DNA of 64,000 nucleotides from Thermoanaerobaculia bacterium (GTDB lineage Bacteria > Acidobacteriota > Thermoanaerobaculia > Multivoradales > Multivoraceae), in the NCBI GenBank assembly GCA_963664405.1, contig OY761158.1, positions 5,856,001 through 5,920,000 on the forward strand, read 5' to 3'. The translations under genes were made by a program, and so were the position numbers. The notes under the pieces were generated by a model, which worked only from the letters and a program-made list of their open reading frames with translations, ran no database searches and was not told where the DNA came from. Every line of letters begins with the position of its first letter. Positions within the stretch are counted from its first letter, which is position 1. Positions 49,695 to 59,490 of this stretch are shown here, one piece after another.

Positions 49695-50572
49695 GCCCGC
49701 GGATCTATGAAGTCGAGCACTCCACCGTCTACGCCTATGCCGAGGCGGTGGAGCAGAGCAGCCACTTGCTGCGACTCCGTCCGTCGAGCGATCGCTACCA
49801 AGATGTGCTCGATTTTTCGCTGGAGGTCACTCCGGCGGGCTCGCTGCGGGAGTTTGAAGACGTCTTTGGCAATTCTGCCGTCCGTCTCGATTTCGATTCC
49901 TCGTTCCGCGAGATGCGCATTCTCAGCCGCAGCCGCGTGCGAGTCTTCGCGCCTGCGCGTGGACTGCGCGAGACGCGCGAGCGCAGCATCATCCCGGTGC
50001 AATGGATGCCTTGGCAGCGCGAGATGATGGCGGCTTATCTGCAGGTGCCTGATCTGTCTTCGTCCCAACTCCGCGATCTCTACGAGTATGCGATGAGTTT
50101 CGTCGAGCGGCAGGATTTCGATGTCGTCGGGACGCTTGAAGATATCAACCGGACTCTCCACCAGGACTGCACCTATGAGCCCGGTTCGACCGATCTCGAG
50201 ACTACTCCCTGGGATGTTTACGTATGTCGTCGTGGGGTGTGCCAGGACTTCGCCAACCTCTTTGTCTGTCTCGCTCGACTGTTGGGGATTCCCGCTCGCT
50301 ATCGGGTCGGCTACGTCCACAGCGGAGTGGACGACCCTCGCCGGCTTCAGTCCGAGGCCTCGCACGCCTGGGCGGAGCTCTATGTACCTCGTCTGGGCTG
50401 GCGCGGTTTCGATCCCACCAATGGCTCGGTGGTCGGGCTAGATCACGTGCGCGTCGCCTGCGGCCGAAACTATCGCGATGCAACCCCGACTTCCGGCACC
50501 ATCCATCGAGGTGGTGGAGGTGAGACTCTCTCGATCGCCGTCAGCGTCAAGGAAGCTTCGCTTCCGCCTTAG
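49691..50572 (+). CDS. Transglutaminase-like protein
   Basis: H.T.Y.Y, DVFGN, catalytic GVCQDF, HAW, FDPTN. Confidence 0.93.
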   Translation: MSPRIYEVEHSTVYAYAEAVEQSSHLLRLRPSSDRYQDVLDFSLEVTPAGSLREFEDVFGNSAVRLDFDSSFREMRILSRSRVRVFAPARGLRETRERSIIPVQWMPWQREMMAAYLQVPDLSSSQLRDLYEYAMSFVERQDFDVVGTLEDINRTLHQDCTYEPGSTDLETTPWDVYVCRRGVCQDFANLFVCLARLLGIPARYRVGYVHSGVDDPRRLQSEASHAWAELYVPRLGWRGFDPTNGSVVGLDHVRVACGRNYRDATPTSGTIHRGGGGETLSIAVSVKEASLPP

Positions 50573-52208
50573 CGGGGGCCGGGAGGGGAGGCATGTCGTC
50601 CTCCGCTTCGACCAGTGTCGACAGTCGCTCGAAGGTCACCCCGAGGCGGGCCGCGGTAAGGGCGGCCAGCGAAGTCGGCGCGACCCCTCGGACGAACTGA
50701 TAGGTCGATCTCTGTTCTTCGTCGAGCTGAACCTGTAGGAACTCGAGCGCCTCAACCGGAGGACTGGCTTCGAGTGAGCGCGCGAAGTCGAGAAAGTGCG
50801 TGGTCACGAAAGCGACCGGCTCTACTCTCCGAAGCAGACGAAGCACCATGGCGAAGACTTCGATCCCCTCCGAAGGGTTCGTTCCCGAGCACAGCTCATC
50901 GAGAACCACCATCGAGCCCCGTTTCATCTCCTCGAAGAGAGAGCGGATTCGTACCAGCTCGCGACCGAGGCGGCCTTCGGTCTGATCTGCGCTCTCGTTC
51001 TCCACCAGAGAGACGAAGAGGCCGCTGGCCAGGGGTAATCTAGCCGCCTGAGCTGGAGTGTAGAGCCCCGATTGACCGAGGAGCGTTGCCCACGCCAGAG
51101 ACTGCAGTAAGCGTGTCTTGCCCCCGGAGTTGGGTCCGGTGATGAGGACGATTGAGCTGGAAACGTCGCTGCGGATGTCGCAAGGCACCGGAGCGGACCC
51201 TTGGGTGAGCAGCAACGGGTTGAAGAGACCGTCGAGCATCAGCGGCTCATCGTCGGCGAGCTCGGCCAGGCTGACTGCCAGTCCGGCCTGCTCGGCACGC
51301 GCCTTGAAACCGAGGTTGCAGAGATAGAACTCGAGATGTCCGACGAGCTGAACCAAAGGAACCAGCACGGGTGAGATCTCAGTGAAGACCTGGTTCACCA
51401 GACGGTTCATCAGCTCTTTGTTGTTGAAGTCGTAGCCGCTGGCGACGAAGCGAAGCCGGTCGCGAAAACGGCGCCAGGGTGACGACCAGAACTGGTTGGT
51501 CTCGTCTTCCGAAACTTCCTTGACCTGCAATCGCCGAATTCGACCGTCGCCGCCGACTCGAATTTCGAGGCCGAGCTTCGCCATGCCGTTCTCATACTGC
51601 AGGAGGTCCTCGAGGGTCTTGTACTCGCGGCTCGCCTGAGTGCTCTTCGCGGTTGTGTGGAGGCGGCTCAGCTCCGATTCAGCAGTGGCGAAATCTTCGG
51701 CCATCATGTCGATGACTTTTTTCGACTGGCGGAGGATCTCCAAGTGAATGGAGGCGGTGTCGAGACTCCCCTGATAGCCGGGCGTACCGAACAAAGAGAG
51801 GAGGGCAGAGAGCGATCGATAGAGGTTCTCGAAACGAGCCAAGAGAGCTGGGTTATCGCTGAGCTCTCGGAGGATCCCCTGACGCATGCGGATGGTCTCG
51901 AGATCCATCGGGACATTGGCCAAGACATTGCTTAGGAAGCGCTGGTTCGCGGGGTAGCTGGTGCCGTCGAGAACCAATCCGGAGCAGCTTTTGGCGAAGG
52001 CTTCGACGAAGAGGTCTTCGGCGAAGAAATCCGGATTCCACCCGCCTGGGAGGATTTTGGCGGTCGACAGGGCATCGTCGAGGGAGGTCCCGAGATCGCG
52101 ACCGAGGAATGCGAGTCCCAGGAGGTCGATTAGCTCCTCTTTGTTCACCACGAGCTGAGTGTCGCGGTTGAGCAGGTCGGGGATCGCGAACTCTTTAGCC
52201 TGGCTCAT
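50547..52208 (-). CDS. MutS-related protein (domain V ATPase without recognisable mismatch-binding domain)
   Basis: NPLL, TGPNSGGKT, VVLDELCSGTNP.EG, TTHF. Confidence 0.85.
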   Translation of the reverse strand: MSQAKEFAIPDLLNRDTQLVVNKEELIDLLGLAFLGRDLGTSLDDALSTAKILPGGWNPDFFAEDLFVEAFAKSCSGLVLDGTSYPANQRFLSNVLANVPMDLETIRMRQGILRELSDNPALLARFENLYRSLSALLSLFGTPGYQGSLDTASIHLEILRQSKKVIDMMAEDFATAESELSRLHTTAKSTQASREYKTLEDLLQYENGMAKLGLEIRVGGDGRIRRLQVKEVSEDETNQFWSSPWRRFRDRLRFVASGYDFNNKELMNRLVNQVFTEISPVLVPLVQLVGHLEFYLCNLGFKARAEQAGLAVSLAELADDEPLMLDGLFNPLLLTQGSAPVPCDIRSDVSSSIVLITGPNSGGKTRLLQSLAWATLLGQSGLYTPAQAARLPLASGLFVSLVENESADQTEGRLGRELVRIRSLFEEMKRGSMVVLDELCSGTNPSEGIEVFAMVLRLLRRVEPVAFVTTHFLDFARSLEASPPVEALEFLQVQLDEEQRSTYQFVRGVAPTSLAALTAARLGVTFERLSTLVEAEDDMPPLPAPAKAEAKLP

Positions 52209-52330
52209 ATTTGCGTTGTTGGCGGCTGTGCCCGGTCGCCCAGCTTGGGTCGGCTAGCGGTGAGACGGGGCGCATATAATACCTGCCGAGCCATGCCTTG
52301 GCGCCGCCAGTCGCGCTCATCCCCCTCCCT

Positions 52331-53464
52331 ATGACATCCGTATCCCTTCGCTCCTGTCTCCTTGCCGCCGTGGTCTTGTGTGGCACGAGCCTTCGCGGCG
52401 GCGAAGGTGAGCAGGAAGCTGTCTTTGGCGAGAGTGACTTCCTCACCCGTGTGCGACGGCTTACCTACGAAGGGAAGCGAGCGGGAGAGGGCTACTTTTC
52501 GCCCGATGGCTCGAAGATGGTTCTGCAGAGCGAGCGCGAGCCGGGGAATCCCTTTTACCAGATCTACGAGATCGATCTGATGAGCGGCGATTCGCGTCGA
52601 ATATCCCCGGGACTCGGCAAGACCACTTGCTCCTTCGTGCAGGCCGTCAGCGGTGACATCCTCTTTGCCTCCACTCATCACGATCCCCGCTCCCAGCTGC
52701 TGCAAGAGGAAGAGTTGGCCTTCCGGGCATCGGGGCAGGAGCGACGCTACTCTTGGGACTACGATCCGGAGATGGAGATCTGGGTGGCGGACAACGAAAC
52801 CCTGGAGCTCCGCAGGCTCACTCGCGCGCCGGGCTACGACGCGGAAGGTAGCTACTCGCCGGACGGGCAGTGGATCGTCTTTTCGTCGCTGCGTGGAGCG
52901 TACGCAAGAGAGCTAGACGAAGAGGAAAAGAAGCAGCTCGAAGTGGATCCGTCCTACTTCGGCGAGATCTTCTTGATGAAGGCCGACGGTTCTGAGCCAC
53001 GGCGCCTCACCCACGCTCCCGGATACGACGGCGGCCCCTTTTTCTTCGCCGACGGCTCTCGCATCGTATGGCGAAGGTTCGACGAGGCGGGCCTTGGCGC
53101 TGAGATCTGGACTATGAAGCCGGATGGCACCGAGCAGCGGCCGATCACCGCCTTCTCTTCCATGAGCTGGGCGCCTTACGCGCACCCATCCGGTGAGTAC
53201 GTGATCTTCGCCTCCAACAAACATGGCTTCTCTAACTTCGAGCTCTTCCTGGTGGACAGTGAGGGAGTGAAGGAGCCGGTGCGGGTGACTTACACAGACG
53301 GCTTCGATGGTCTACCGGTACCTTCGCCCGACGGTCGCCAGTTGTCGTGGACCTCTACCCGGCACGGCGACAGCGGTGGCCAGGTCTACCTGGGCGAATG
53401 GAATCATCAGCGGGCTCTCGAGGCCTTGGCCTTGTCGCCGGCAGCTAAGAAAGGCGGGAGCTAG
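52331..53464 (+). CDS. TolB-like (PD40 repeat) beta-propeller, secreted
   Basis: GEGYFSPDG, YDAEGSYSPDG, YDGGPFF..DG, FDGLPVPSPDG; start 52298 or 52331. Confidence 0.88.
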   Translation: MTSVSLRSCLLAAVVLCGTSLRGGEGEQEAVFGESDFLTRVRRLTYEGKRAGEGYFSPDGSKMVLQSEREPGNPFYQIYEIDLMSGDSRRISPGLGKTTCSFVQAVSGDILFASTHHDPRSQLLQEEELAFRASGQERRYSWDYDPEMEIWVADNETLELRRLTRAPGYDAEGSYSPDGQWIVFSSLRGAYARELDEEEKKQLEVDPSYFGEIFLMKADGSEPRRLTHAPGYDGGPFFFADGSRIVWRRFDEAGLGAEIWTMKPDGTEQRPITAFSSMSWAPYAHPSGEYVIFASNKHGFSNFELFLVDSEGVKEPVRVTYTDGFDGLPVPSPDGRQLSWTSTRHGDSGGQVYLGEWNHQRALEALALSPAAKKGGS

Positions 53465-55260
53465 TGAGATTGCGATCGGCTTCTTTGGCGATGCTCTGGC
53501 TCTTGCCGACGCTGCTGCAGGCGGCTTCACCGGCAGCTCTGCGCGAGCAGGTCGAATTCCTCGCCTCGGATGCGCTTCAGGGTCGCTTGACCGGGAGCCC
53601 GGGCGAAGCGCAGGCCGCGGAGTACTTGGCGAGGCAGTTGCGCGAGCTCGGCGCTCGCCCCCTTGCCGGCCAGGACGACCTACTCATAACCTTCGATTTC
53701 ACTGCCGGCACCCGCGATGAGGGCTCGAAAGTACGGCTGGACAATGACGGTGACCGGGAGTGGGGGAACGAGGGCCATGTTCGAGCCCTCTCTTTCTCCG
53801 ACGAGGGCAAGGTCGAGGGCGAAGTCGTCTTCGCCGGGTATGGGATCAAGGTGCCTGAAGGGCAGGCCTTCCCCTACGACAACTTCTTCGGGCTCGATCT
53901 GACCGACAAGATCGCCCTCGTGCTTCGTTACTATCCTGAGGAAGCCGACGAGGCGACACGCGCGGTACTTTCGCGCTATTCGGGATTGCGCTACAAGGCG
54001 ATGCACGCCCGCGAACTGGGGGCGAAAGGGCTGCTGGTGGTGACCGGTCCTCACTCGCCCAACGCCGGCGAGCTGGTGCCGATGACTTTCGACACGGCGA
54101 TCGCCGGCTCAGGGATCCTTGCGGCCTCTGCCGGTGGCGAGCTCGGCGACCATCTTTTCGCACTCGCCGGCAAGAATCTCGAAGAAGCGCAGGCCGCTCT
54201 CGACAGTGGTAACCCTCATGTGCAGGGGTTTCCACTGACCGGTGCGAAGCTCAGCCTCGAGGTGGCAGTGGAGCGGGAGCATCGTCAGGGACACAATGTC
54301 GTCGGCGTCTTTCCTCCTCGTGACGGAGCCGTCGCCAAGTCTTGGCTTCTCCTCGGTGCTCACTACGACCATCTCGGCGACGGGCTCCACGGCAACTCGC
54401 TGGCGCGCAAGGGTGAGTCCGGCGCAATCCATCGCGGTGCCGACGACAATGCGTCCGGCGTGGTGAGCGCTCTCGCCACCGCGGCGGCGCTGGCGGGGGT
54501 GGCGAGCTCCCGCGGTGTTGTTGTGGCGCTCTGGTCGGGCGAAGAGCTTGGCCTTCTCGGCTCGAGCGATTTCGTGAAGCAAGAGTACATCGATCCAGAC
54601 AGCCTTCTTGCATGCCTCAACTTCGACATGGTGGGGCGTTCTCGCGACAATCGCCTAGCGGTGCAGGGCGTGGGGTCGAGCGAGATGTGGCGCCGCCTGG
54701 TCGAGCAGAGCAACGTGCCGGTGGGGTTCGATCTGCAGATTCAGGAAGACCCCTATCTGCCTACCGACTCCGCCAGCTTCAATCGAGCGGGCGTGCCCTG
54801 TCTCAACTTCTTTACCGGAGGCCACGAGGATTACCATAGGCCGACCGATGTGCCCGAGAAAGTCAACTACGAGGATATGGGCCGTGTTGTCGACCTCGCT
54901 GCTGGAATCGGCCGTAGGCTCCTCTCACTGGAAGAGAACCTCGAGTTCGTCAAAGTGTCGCCGAAAATCGAGCAGGGGCCGGCAAGGGACGCGGTGCGGG
55001 CTTTCACAGGCACGATTCCCGACTACACGGCCGAGGCCGCGGGTCTGAGGTTGAGTGGGGTGGTCGGGGGCGGGCCGGCCGAGGAGGCGGGGCTGCGCGA
55101 GGGCGATGTCATCACCCATTTCGGCGATCGCGAGATCACCAATATCTACGACTATACCTACGCTCTGGAGGCGGTGAAGGTCGGAGTTTCGCTCGAAGTC
55201 GTCTTCGTTCGAGATGACGAAACGAAACAGACGACGATCACTCCGCGGGCACGACCCTAA
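53464..55260 (+). CDS. M28 family aminopeptidase with PA and PDZ domains
   Basis: GAHYDHLG, GADDNASG, GEELGLLGS, NFDMVGR, DYHRPTD, C-terminal GPAEEAGL..GDVI. Confidence 0.93.
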   Translation: MRLRSASLAMLWLLPTLLQAASPAALREQVEFLASDALQGRLTGSPGEAQAAEYLARQLRELGARPLAGQDDLLITFDFTAGTRDEGSKVRLDNDGDREWGNEGHVRALSFSDEGKVEGEVVFAGYGIKVPEGQAFPYDNFFGLDLTDKIALVLRYYPEEADEATRAVLSRYSGLRYKAMHARELGAKGLLVVTGPHSPNAGELVPMTFDTAIAGSGILAASAGGELGDHLFALAGKNLEEAQAALDSGNPHVQGFPLTGAKLSLEVAVEREHRQGHNVVGVFPPRDGAVAKSWLLLGAHYDHLGDGLHGNSLARKGESGAIHRGADDNASGVVSALATAAALAGVASSRGVVVALWSGEELGLLGSSDFVKQEYIDPDSLLACLNFDMVGRSRDNRLAVQGVGSSEMWRRLVEQSNVPVGFDLQIQEDPYLPTDSASFNRAGVPCLNFFTGGHEDYHRPTDVPEKVNYEDMGRVVDLAAGIGRRLLSLEENLEFVKVSPKIEQGPARDAVRAFTGTIPDYTAEAAGLRLSGVVGGGPAEEAGLREGDVITHFGDREITNIYDYTYALEAVKVGVSLEVVFVRDDETKQTTITPRARP

Positions 55261-56308
55261 GACTGGCCGGCGGCTCCGGCTGCGAACCGGGCCTCCACGC
55301 TCCAGCGAGGACTCGGCGCATTCCGGGGGCGGCGAGCTGGAAGTCGCGTCCGACGGTTCGCGGCTCGGGAAACCACTTCCAGAGGAAGGCCCCGACGACT
55401 CTCTGCTCTCGCTCGACCGCCTCCAGAGCGACTTTGGTACAGGCCTCTTGGAGAGCGATTGCCTGGTCTCCGTCCGTCTGAGGCTCCCAGGGGCGCTGGG
55501 CGGCTTGCAGGGAGCGGTTGTAGCCCAGCTCGGTAAAGACGATGTAGCGATCGCGGTCGACCGAAAAGGCATGAAGCTCTTCCATGATGCGGTCCCAGCC
55601 CTCGCGCAAATCGCTCTCGTTCGGACTGCGGGCCTCGGTCAGGGGAAAGTAGGCCTGGATGCCGATGGCGTCGAGAGCGTCCCAGAAGGGGACCCGCTGG
55701 TAGTCGCTCCAGTTCGCCGCGTAGGTCAGAGGGCCCTCGTAGACCTTGCGCACGCGGCCGATCAGGCCACGCCAGGGCTGCTCTTGAGCGAGGGTTCGAT
55801 CGAGCTCCGTACCCACTGCGAAAGCGTCGGCCTCCGTTGCCACTGAGGCTAGAGCGAGGATCCACTTCTCGTAGTCACTCCAGAAACGAGTCCAAGCTTC
55901 GTCGGTGTCGAAGTCGATCTCGCCGCGCCAGGAGAAAGGGCTTCTCCAGTACGCGAGATGCGGCTTGATCAGGATCTTGAGGCCCAGTTCGTGGGCCTCC
56001 TGGATCGGGCGCTGTAGCAGGACTACACTTTCGTCGGTGAGCGGGGAGAAGCGGACGCTTCCGTCGGCGGAGATGCGGCCGTAGGGGTGGATGGCTACCC
56101 AGTTCGCCCCGAGCGCTTCGATTGATGCGAAGGTCGGGACGATGGCATCGCTTGCCCATTCCTCACCCCCTCGGTGAGTCGATACAGTGATGCCGCGTAT
56201 CTTCTGGGCGACGATCGTCGCACTGTCTGCTCCAACATTGAGGAGGAGGAGGAGCACCGAGACCGGAGCCAGTTTCGCAATGCGCGAGGCGATGGAGAAA
56301 CCACTCAT
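55238..56308 (-). CDS. Glycoside hydrolase family 113-like TIM-barrel protein, secreted
   Basis: GANWVA, LIKPH, WRG.I, VGTEL, LTYAANW, WD.LD.IG..AYFPL, FTELGY, GAFLWKW. Confidence 0.82.
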   Translation of the reverse strand: MSGFSIASRIAKLAPVSVLLLLLNVGADSATIVAQKIRGITVSTHRGGEEWASDAIVPTFASIEALGANWVAIHPYGRISADGSVRFSPLTDESVVLLQRPIQEAHELGLKILIKPHLAYWRSPFSWRGEIDFDTDEAWTRFWSDYEKWILALASVATEADAFAVGTELDRTLAQEQPWRGLIGRVRKVYEGPLTYAANWSDYQRVPFWDALDAIGIQAYFPLTEARSPNESDLREGWDRIMEELHAFSVDRDRYIVFTELGYNRSLQAAQRPWEPQTDGDQAIALQEACTKVALEAVEREQRVVGAFLWKWFPEPRTVGRDFQLAAPGMRRVLAGAWRPGSQPEPPASLRVVPAE

Positions 56309-56728
56309 TCGCCCGCCGACGCAGGTTCTCCGGGAGTGGCTCGGACCTGCCGCAACTGAGCCATCAAGGGGCGGGTGTTCCCGTTCTCTCACGTACCGTT
56401 CGCTTGGTGCACATCGTGCTGGTCTGTGTGAGCTGCCTATACGCGTGTCTGTCGGAGCCCGAGGGGAGGGCAGTGAGGATTCTAAATCACCCGGGACGGC
56501 GTGTCGGTTTGGGAGATCAATACCAACCCGATGATCTTGGTCCCCGAGGATCGCGAAGATCTACTCCGCTTTGCCGCCCCCGATCACTTTGCTCGCCGTT
56601 TCATAGCCGCGCTGGAACGTCTCTAGGCTCGTCGGATCCCTCTCTGGACTTGGGAACGTTAGACTAGATCGAGGGAGGTCCGCCGGCTGGGCCCGGGCGA
56701 TACATTTACGCAGCGAGAGGAACGAGTC

Positions 56729-57733
56729 ATGTCCATTACCCGTCGGCAATTCGCGCACACGGGCCTGCTTGGGGCAGCAGGCCTTGCAACAGCTGGCCTC
56801 GCCAAAGGCCAGGACCTCGAGACCTACCGCAAGCTCGGCCTCCATGAGCCTTTCTCATGGGGCGAGAGACGCAGTGAGGCTCAGAAGCGACTCCGCGCCT
56901 CTCTCGACCCGCCGGAAGATCGTCAGTACAACCCTTGCGCGGAGGCTCATCCTGCCGACTCGACGCCGCGTGGCGAGGTGAAAAAGATCGAGAAATGGGC
57001 AGGGAGCGAGGTCTTCCCCGGCACCGAGCGGGATCTCTGGATCTACCAATCGGCAGGGCTAGGCAACTCCTCCGAGGCCCCGGACCTCATGGTGTTCAAC
57101 GACGGTAGAGGTTACGTCGACGCTGGCGGATCGGTTCGGGCGCCCGCGGTCCTCGACACTCTCATTCACGCCGGTAAGCTTCGGCAGACGGTTGGCGTTT
57201 TCGTCCAGCCCGGCACAAGGAGCGTCCCGCGAGACGCCTCTGATCCGGAGCGTGGGCGGCAGAGGAGTATCGAATACGACTCCCTGACCGATGCCTATCT
57301 GCGATTCCTCCTCGATGAGCTCTTGCCCTTCGTGGCGACCGAGATCGATCGCCCGCTCAGCTCGGACCCGACCCGTCGCCTGATCTGTGGAATCTCGAGT
57401 GGCGGTATCTGCGCCTTTAACGCTGCCTGGTTCGGCCCGACCTCGTTCGGCCGCGTACTCAGTCACTGCGGCTCGTTCACCAACATCCGTGGCGGGCACA
57501 ATTACCCGTATCTGGTGCGAACGACCGAGGTCAAGCCGATCCGCGTTTTCATGACCAGCGGCGAGATGGATCTCCAAACACCTCACGGTAGTTGGCCCCT
57601 GGCGAACCGACAGATGGCCTCCGCACTCGACTATGCCGGCTACGACCATCGTTTCGTATTCGGCGAAGGCGGCCACAGCCTTCGTCACGGCGGCGCGATC
57701 TTTGCCGAGTCGCTCCGCTGGCTGTTTCGTTGA
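56729..57733 (+). CDS. Tat-exported esterase (enterochelin esterase-like alpha/beta hydrolase)
   Basis: TRRQF Tat signal, LMVFNDG, RSIEYD, GISSGG nucleophile elbow, GGH. Confidence 0.9.
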   Translation: MSITRRQFAHTGLLGAAGLATAGLAKGQDLETYRKLGLHEPFSWGERRSEAQKRLRASLDPPEDRQYNPCAEAHPADSTPRGEVKKIEKWAGSEVFPGTERDLWIYQSAGLGNSSEAPDLMVFNDGRGYVDAGGSVRAPAVLDTLIHAGKLRQTVGVFVQPGTRSVPRDASDPERGRQRSIEYDSLTDAYLRFLLDELLPFVATEIDRPLSSDPTRRLICGISSGGICAFNAAWFGPTSFGRVLSHCGSFTNIRGGHNYPYLVRTTEVKPIRVFMTSGEMDLQTPHGSWPLANRQMASALDYAGYDHRFVFGEGGHSLRHGGAIFAESLRWLFR

Positions 57734-57785
57734 GGCTGTGGCGCGGATAAGGTCCGCCACGGGAGCTCCGGAGCCAAGACCAAGA

Positions 57786-58643
57786 TCACCAAGACGCCCG
57801 TCGTTGGGTGTAGATCTCGGGCGTCAGAGGCGCGTGCAGGCCCTCGCAGACCATGGCCGTAACGGCGACCAGTGCTGCGAAACAGGTCGCAGGCAGAGAG
57901 AAAGCCCGCAGGAGCTCTCGCAGAACCGCGATCGGCCCGCCGCCGACGCTGGCTCCGGCAGGAGCCATGCGCCTGCCGGCTGTCCAGGGTAGGAGGCGCT
58001 CACCGGCGCGTTCCCTCAGCAGCAGAGGTAAGAGCATGATGAGCAAGATGAGGCCCGACTGAGCTCGAAGACCGGCGGTGAAGCCCCAGCGAGCGATCAC
58101 CGTTGCCATCACCGCCCCTCCGACCGAGGTGCCAACCAGCTTCGAGGCCCACATGAAACCGTTGACGCGGCCCCGCTCCCAGGGCTCGAGAAGGTCGAGA
58201 GCCAGGGCATCGGTGGCTACGTCCTGGAGCGAGGCGAAACAATTGTGGATGAAGAAGACCCACCCCAGCAGGGTGAGCGTGCTGGCGGCGGTGAGCTCGC
58301 CGTTGGTGGAGGCAGCGAGCAGGGTGGCGGCCATCATCAGCTGGGCGAAGACAATCCAGGGTCGGCGGAGGCCGAGCGCAGGTAGCTGAAAGGAGTCTAT
58401 GATCGGTCCCCACAAGAACTTGAAAGTCCACGGGAAGAGGCACAGCGAGATGAGCAGGCCGGTTTCCTGCTGGGACACCCCACGCTCGCTGAGGTGGGCG
58501 ACGATGGCGATGGTGATGAAGCCCCACGGCACACCCTGGGCGAAGTAAAGAGCGCAGAGAGTCGAGAACCGGGCCGACCGCGACGAGGCGAGAGAGCGGT
58601 CCGTAGCGATTCCTCGCGCTACGTCTGGCTGGGTTGGCGGCAT
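57786..58643 (-). pseudogene. AmpG-like MFS transporter, C-terminally truncated
   Basis: LYFAQGVPWGF, PWTFKFLWGP..D, RRPWI, QDVATDALA; ends after about 7 TM (285 aa) with no room for the second MFS half. Confidence 0.75.
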
Positions 58644-58848
58644 AGCCCTTTTTCATGCGCTGCGGCGTCATCGAGTCGGCGCATCCTAGCAGCGGTGTCA
58701 CCCAGAAAGTGACCGAGTTGCTGTGGTGTCACAGTCTTCGTTCTCTCTGTCTCAGGAGAGGGTTCTGCCCTTGCGTAGTGCGGTGTTAGGAGTGTCAACT
58801 AGCCCTCGAACACCGATCCAGGCTGCCATCGAAAAAGGAGAAATCGAT

Positions 58849-59406
58849 ATGAGACGAACGATCGTTTTGGGGCTCATTCTTGCCGCCCTCGTGGTTCCTG
58901 CGACCGCCAAGGATCTTGCGGTGGAATTCGTCGGAACCGCGACACTGATGACGCCGGAGGAAGTTCTGGCACTCGCCGATCGCTTCCCGAACCTTCCGGC
59001 CGACGTCCGAGCGATCATGCTCGGCCCCGACACCCTATGCTTCGAGGTGCCGATGAATAGCGCTGAGACAGGTCTCTTCCTGGGGACTGGGCTCGATTGC
59101 CTCTTCAATATTGAGGCGGACCCGAGCGGCATTGTGACTCTCGAGGCCATCTCAGCATTCCGCTTTCGCTTCTCCGGGACGATCTGGGCCCGCGGCGACA
59201 CAACGGTGGCACCTCTCTTGGCCCCCCACAGTGCGGGCGCGACCCATGCTACCGGCGGCTGGACCACCGACCCGAATGTGTTCTTGACGACGGGTGAGTT
59301 CTCGAACTACATCGGCAATACGCGTCTCTCCGGACTGGTCGACCTGACGGCCTTCCCCGGGCAGATGGGCTTCCGCTGCATGTGGCAGATTCACCTAGCG
59401 GAGTAA
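58849..59406 (+). CDS. Secreted hypothetical beta-rich protein
   Basis: AAGGAG RBS, signal peptide MRRTIVLGLILAALVVPATA. Confidence 0.8.
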   Translation: MRRTIVLGLILAALVVPATAKDLAVEFVGTATLMTPEEVLALADRFPNLPADVRAIMLGPDTLCFEVPMNSAETGLFLGTGLDCLFNIEADPSGIVTLEAISAFRFRFSGTIWARGDTTVAPLLAPHSAGATHATGGWTTDPNVFLTTGEFSNYIGNTRLSGLVDLTAFPGQMGFRCMWQIHLAE

Positions 59407-59433
59407 CCTCCCTCGCCGTTGTCCGAGATCCGT

Positions 59434-59462
59434 GGGGCGGTCTCTCGAGAGAGGGCCGCCCC
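59434..59462. terminator. GC-rich hairpin between convergent genes
   Basis: GGGGCGG...CCGCCCC stem; no U-tract. Confidence 0.35.
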
Positions 59463-59490
59463 CGCCTCATGGCCGCAGGCCCGTTGCCGC

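Noticed and set aside
56309-56728. 420-bp divergent intergenic region as ncRNA or riboswitch
   Set aside because: Only short scattered hairpins; no recognisable family consensus.
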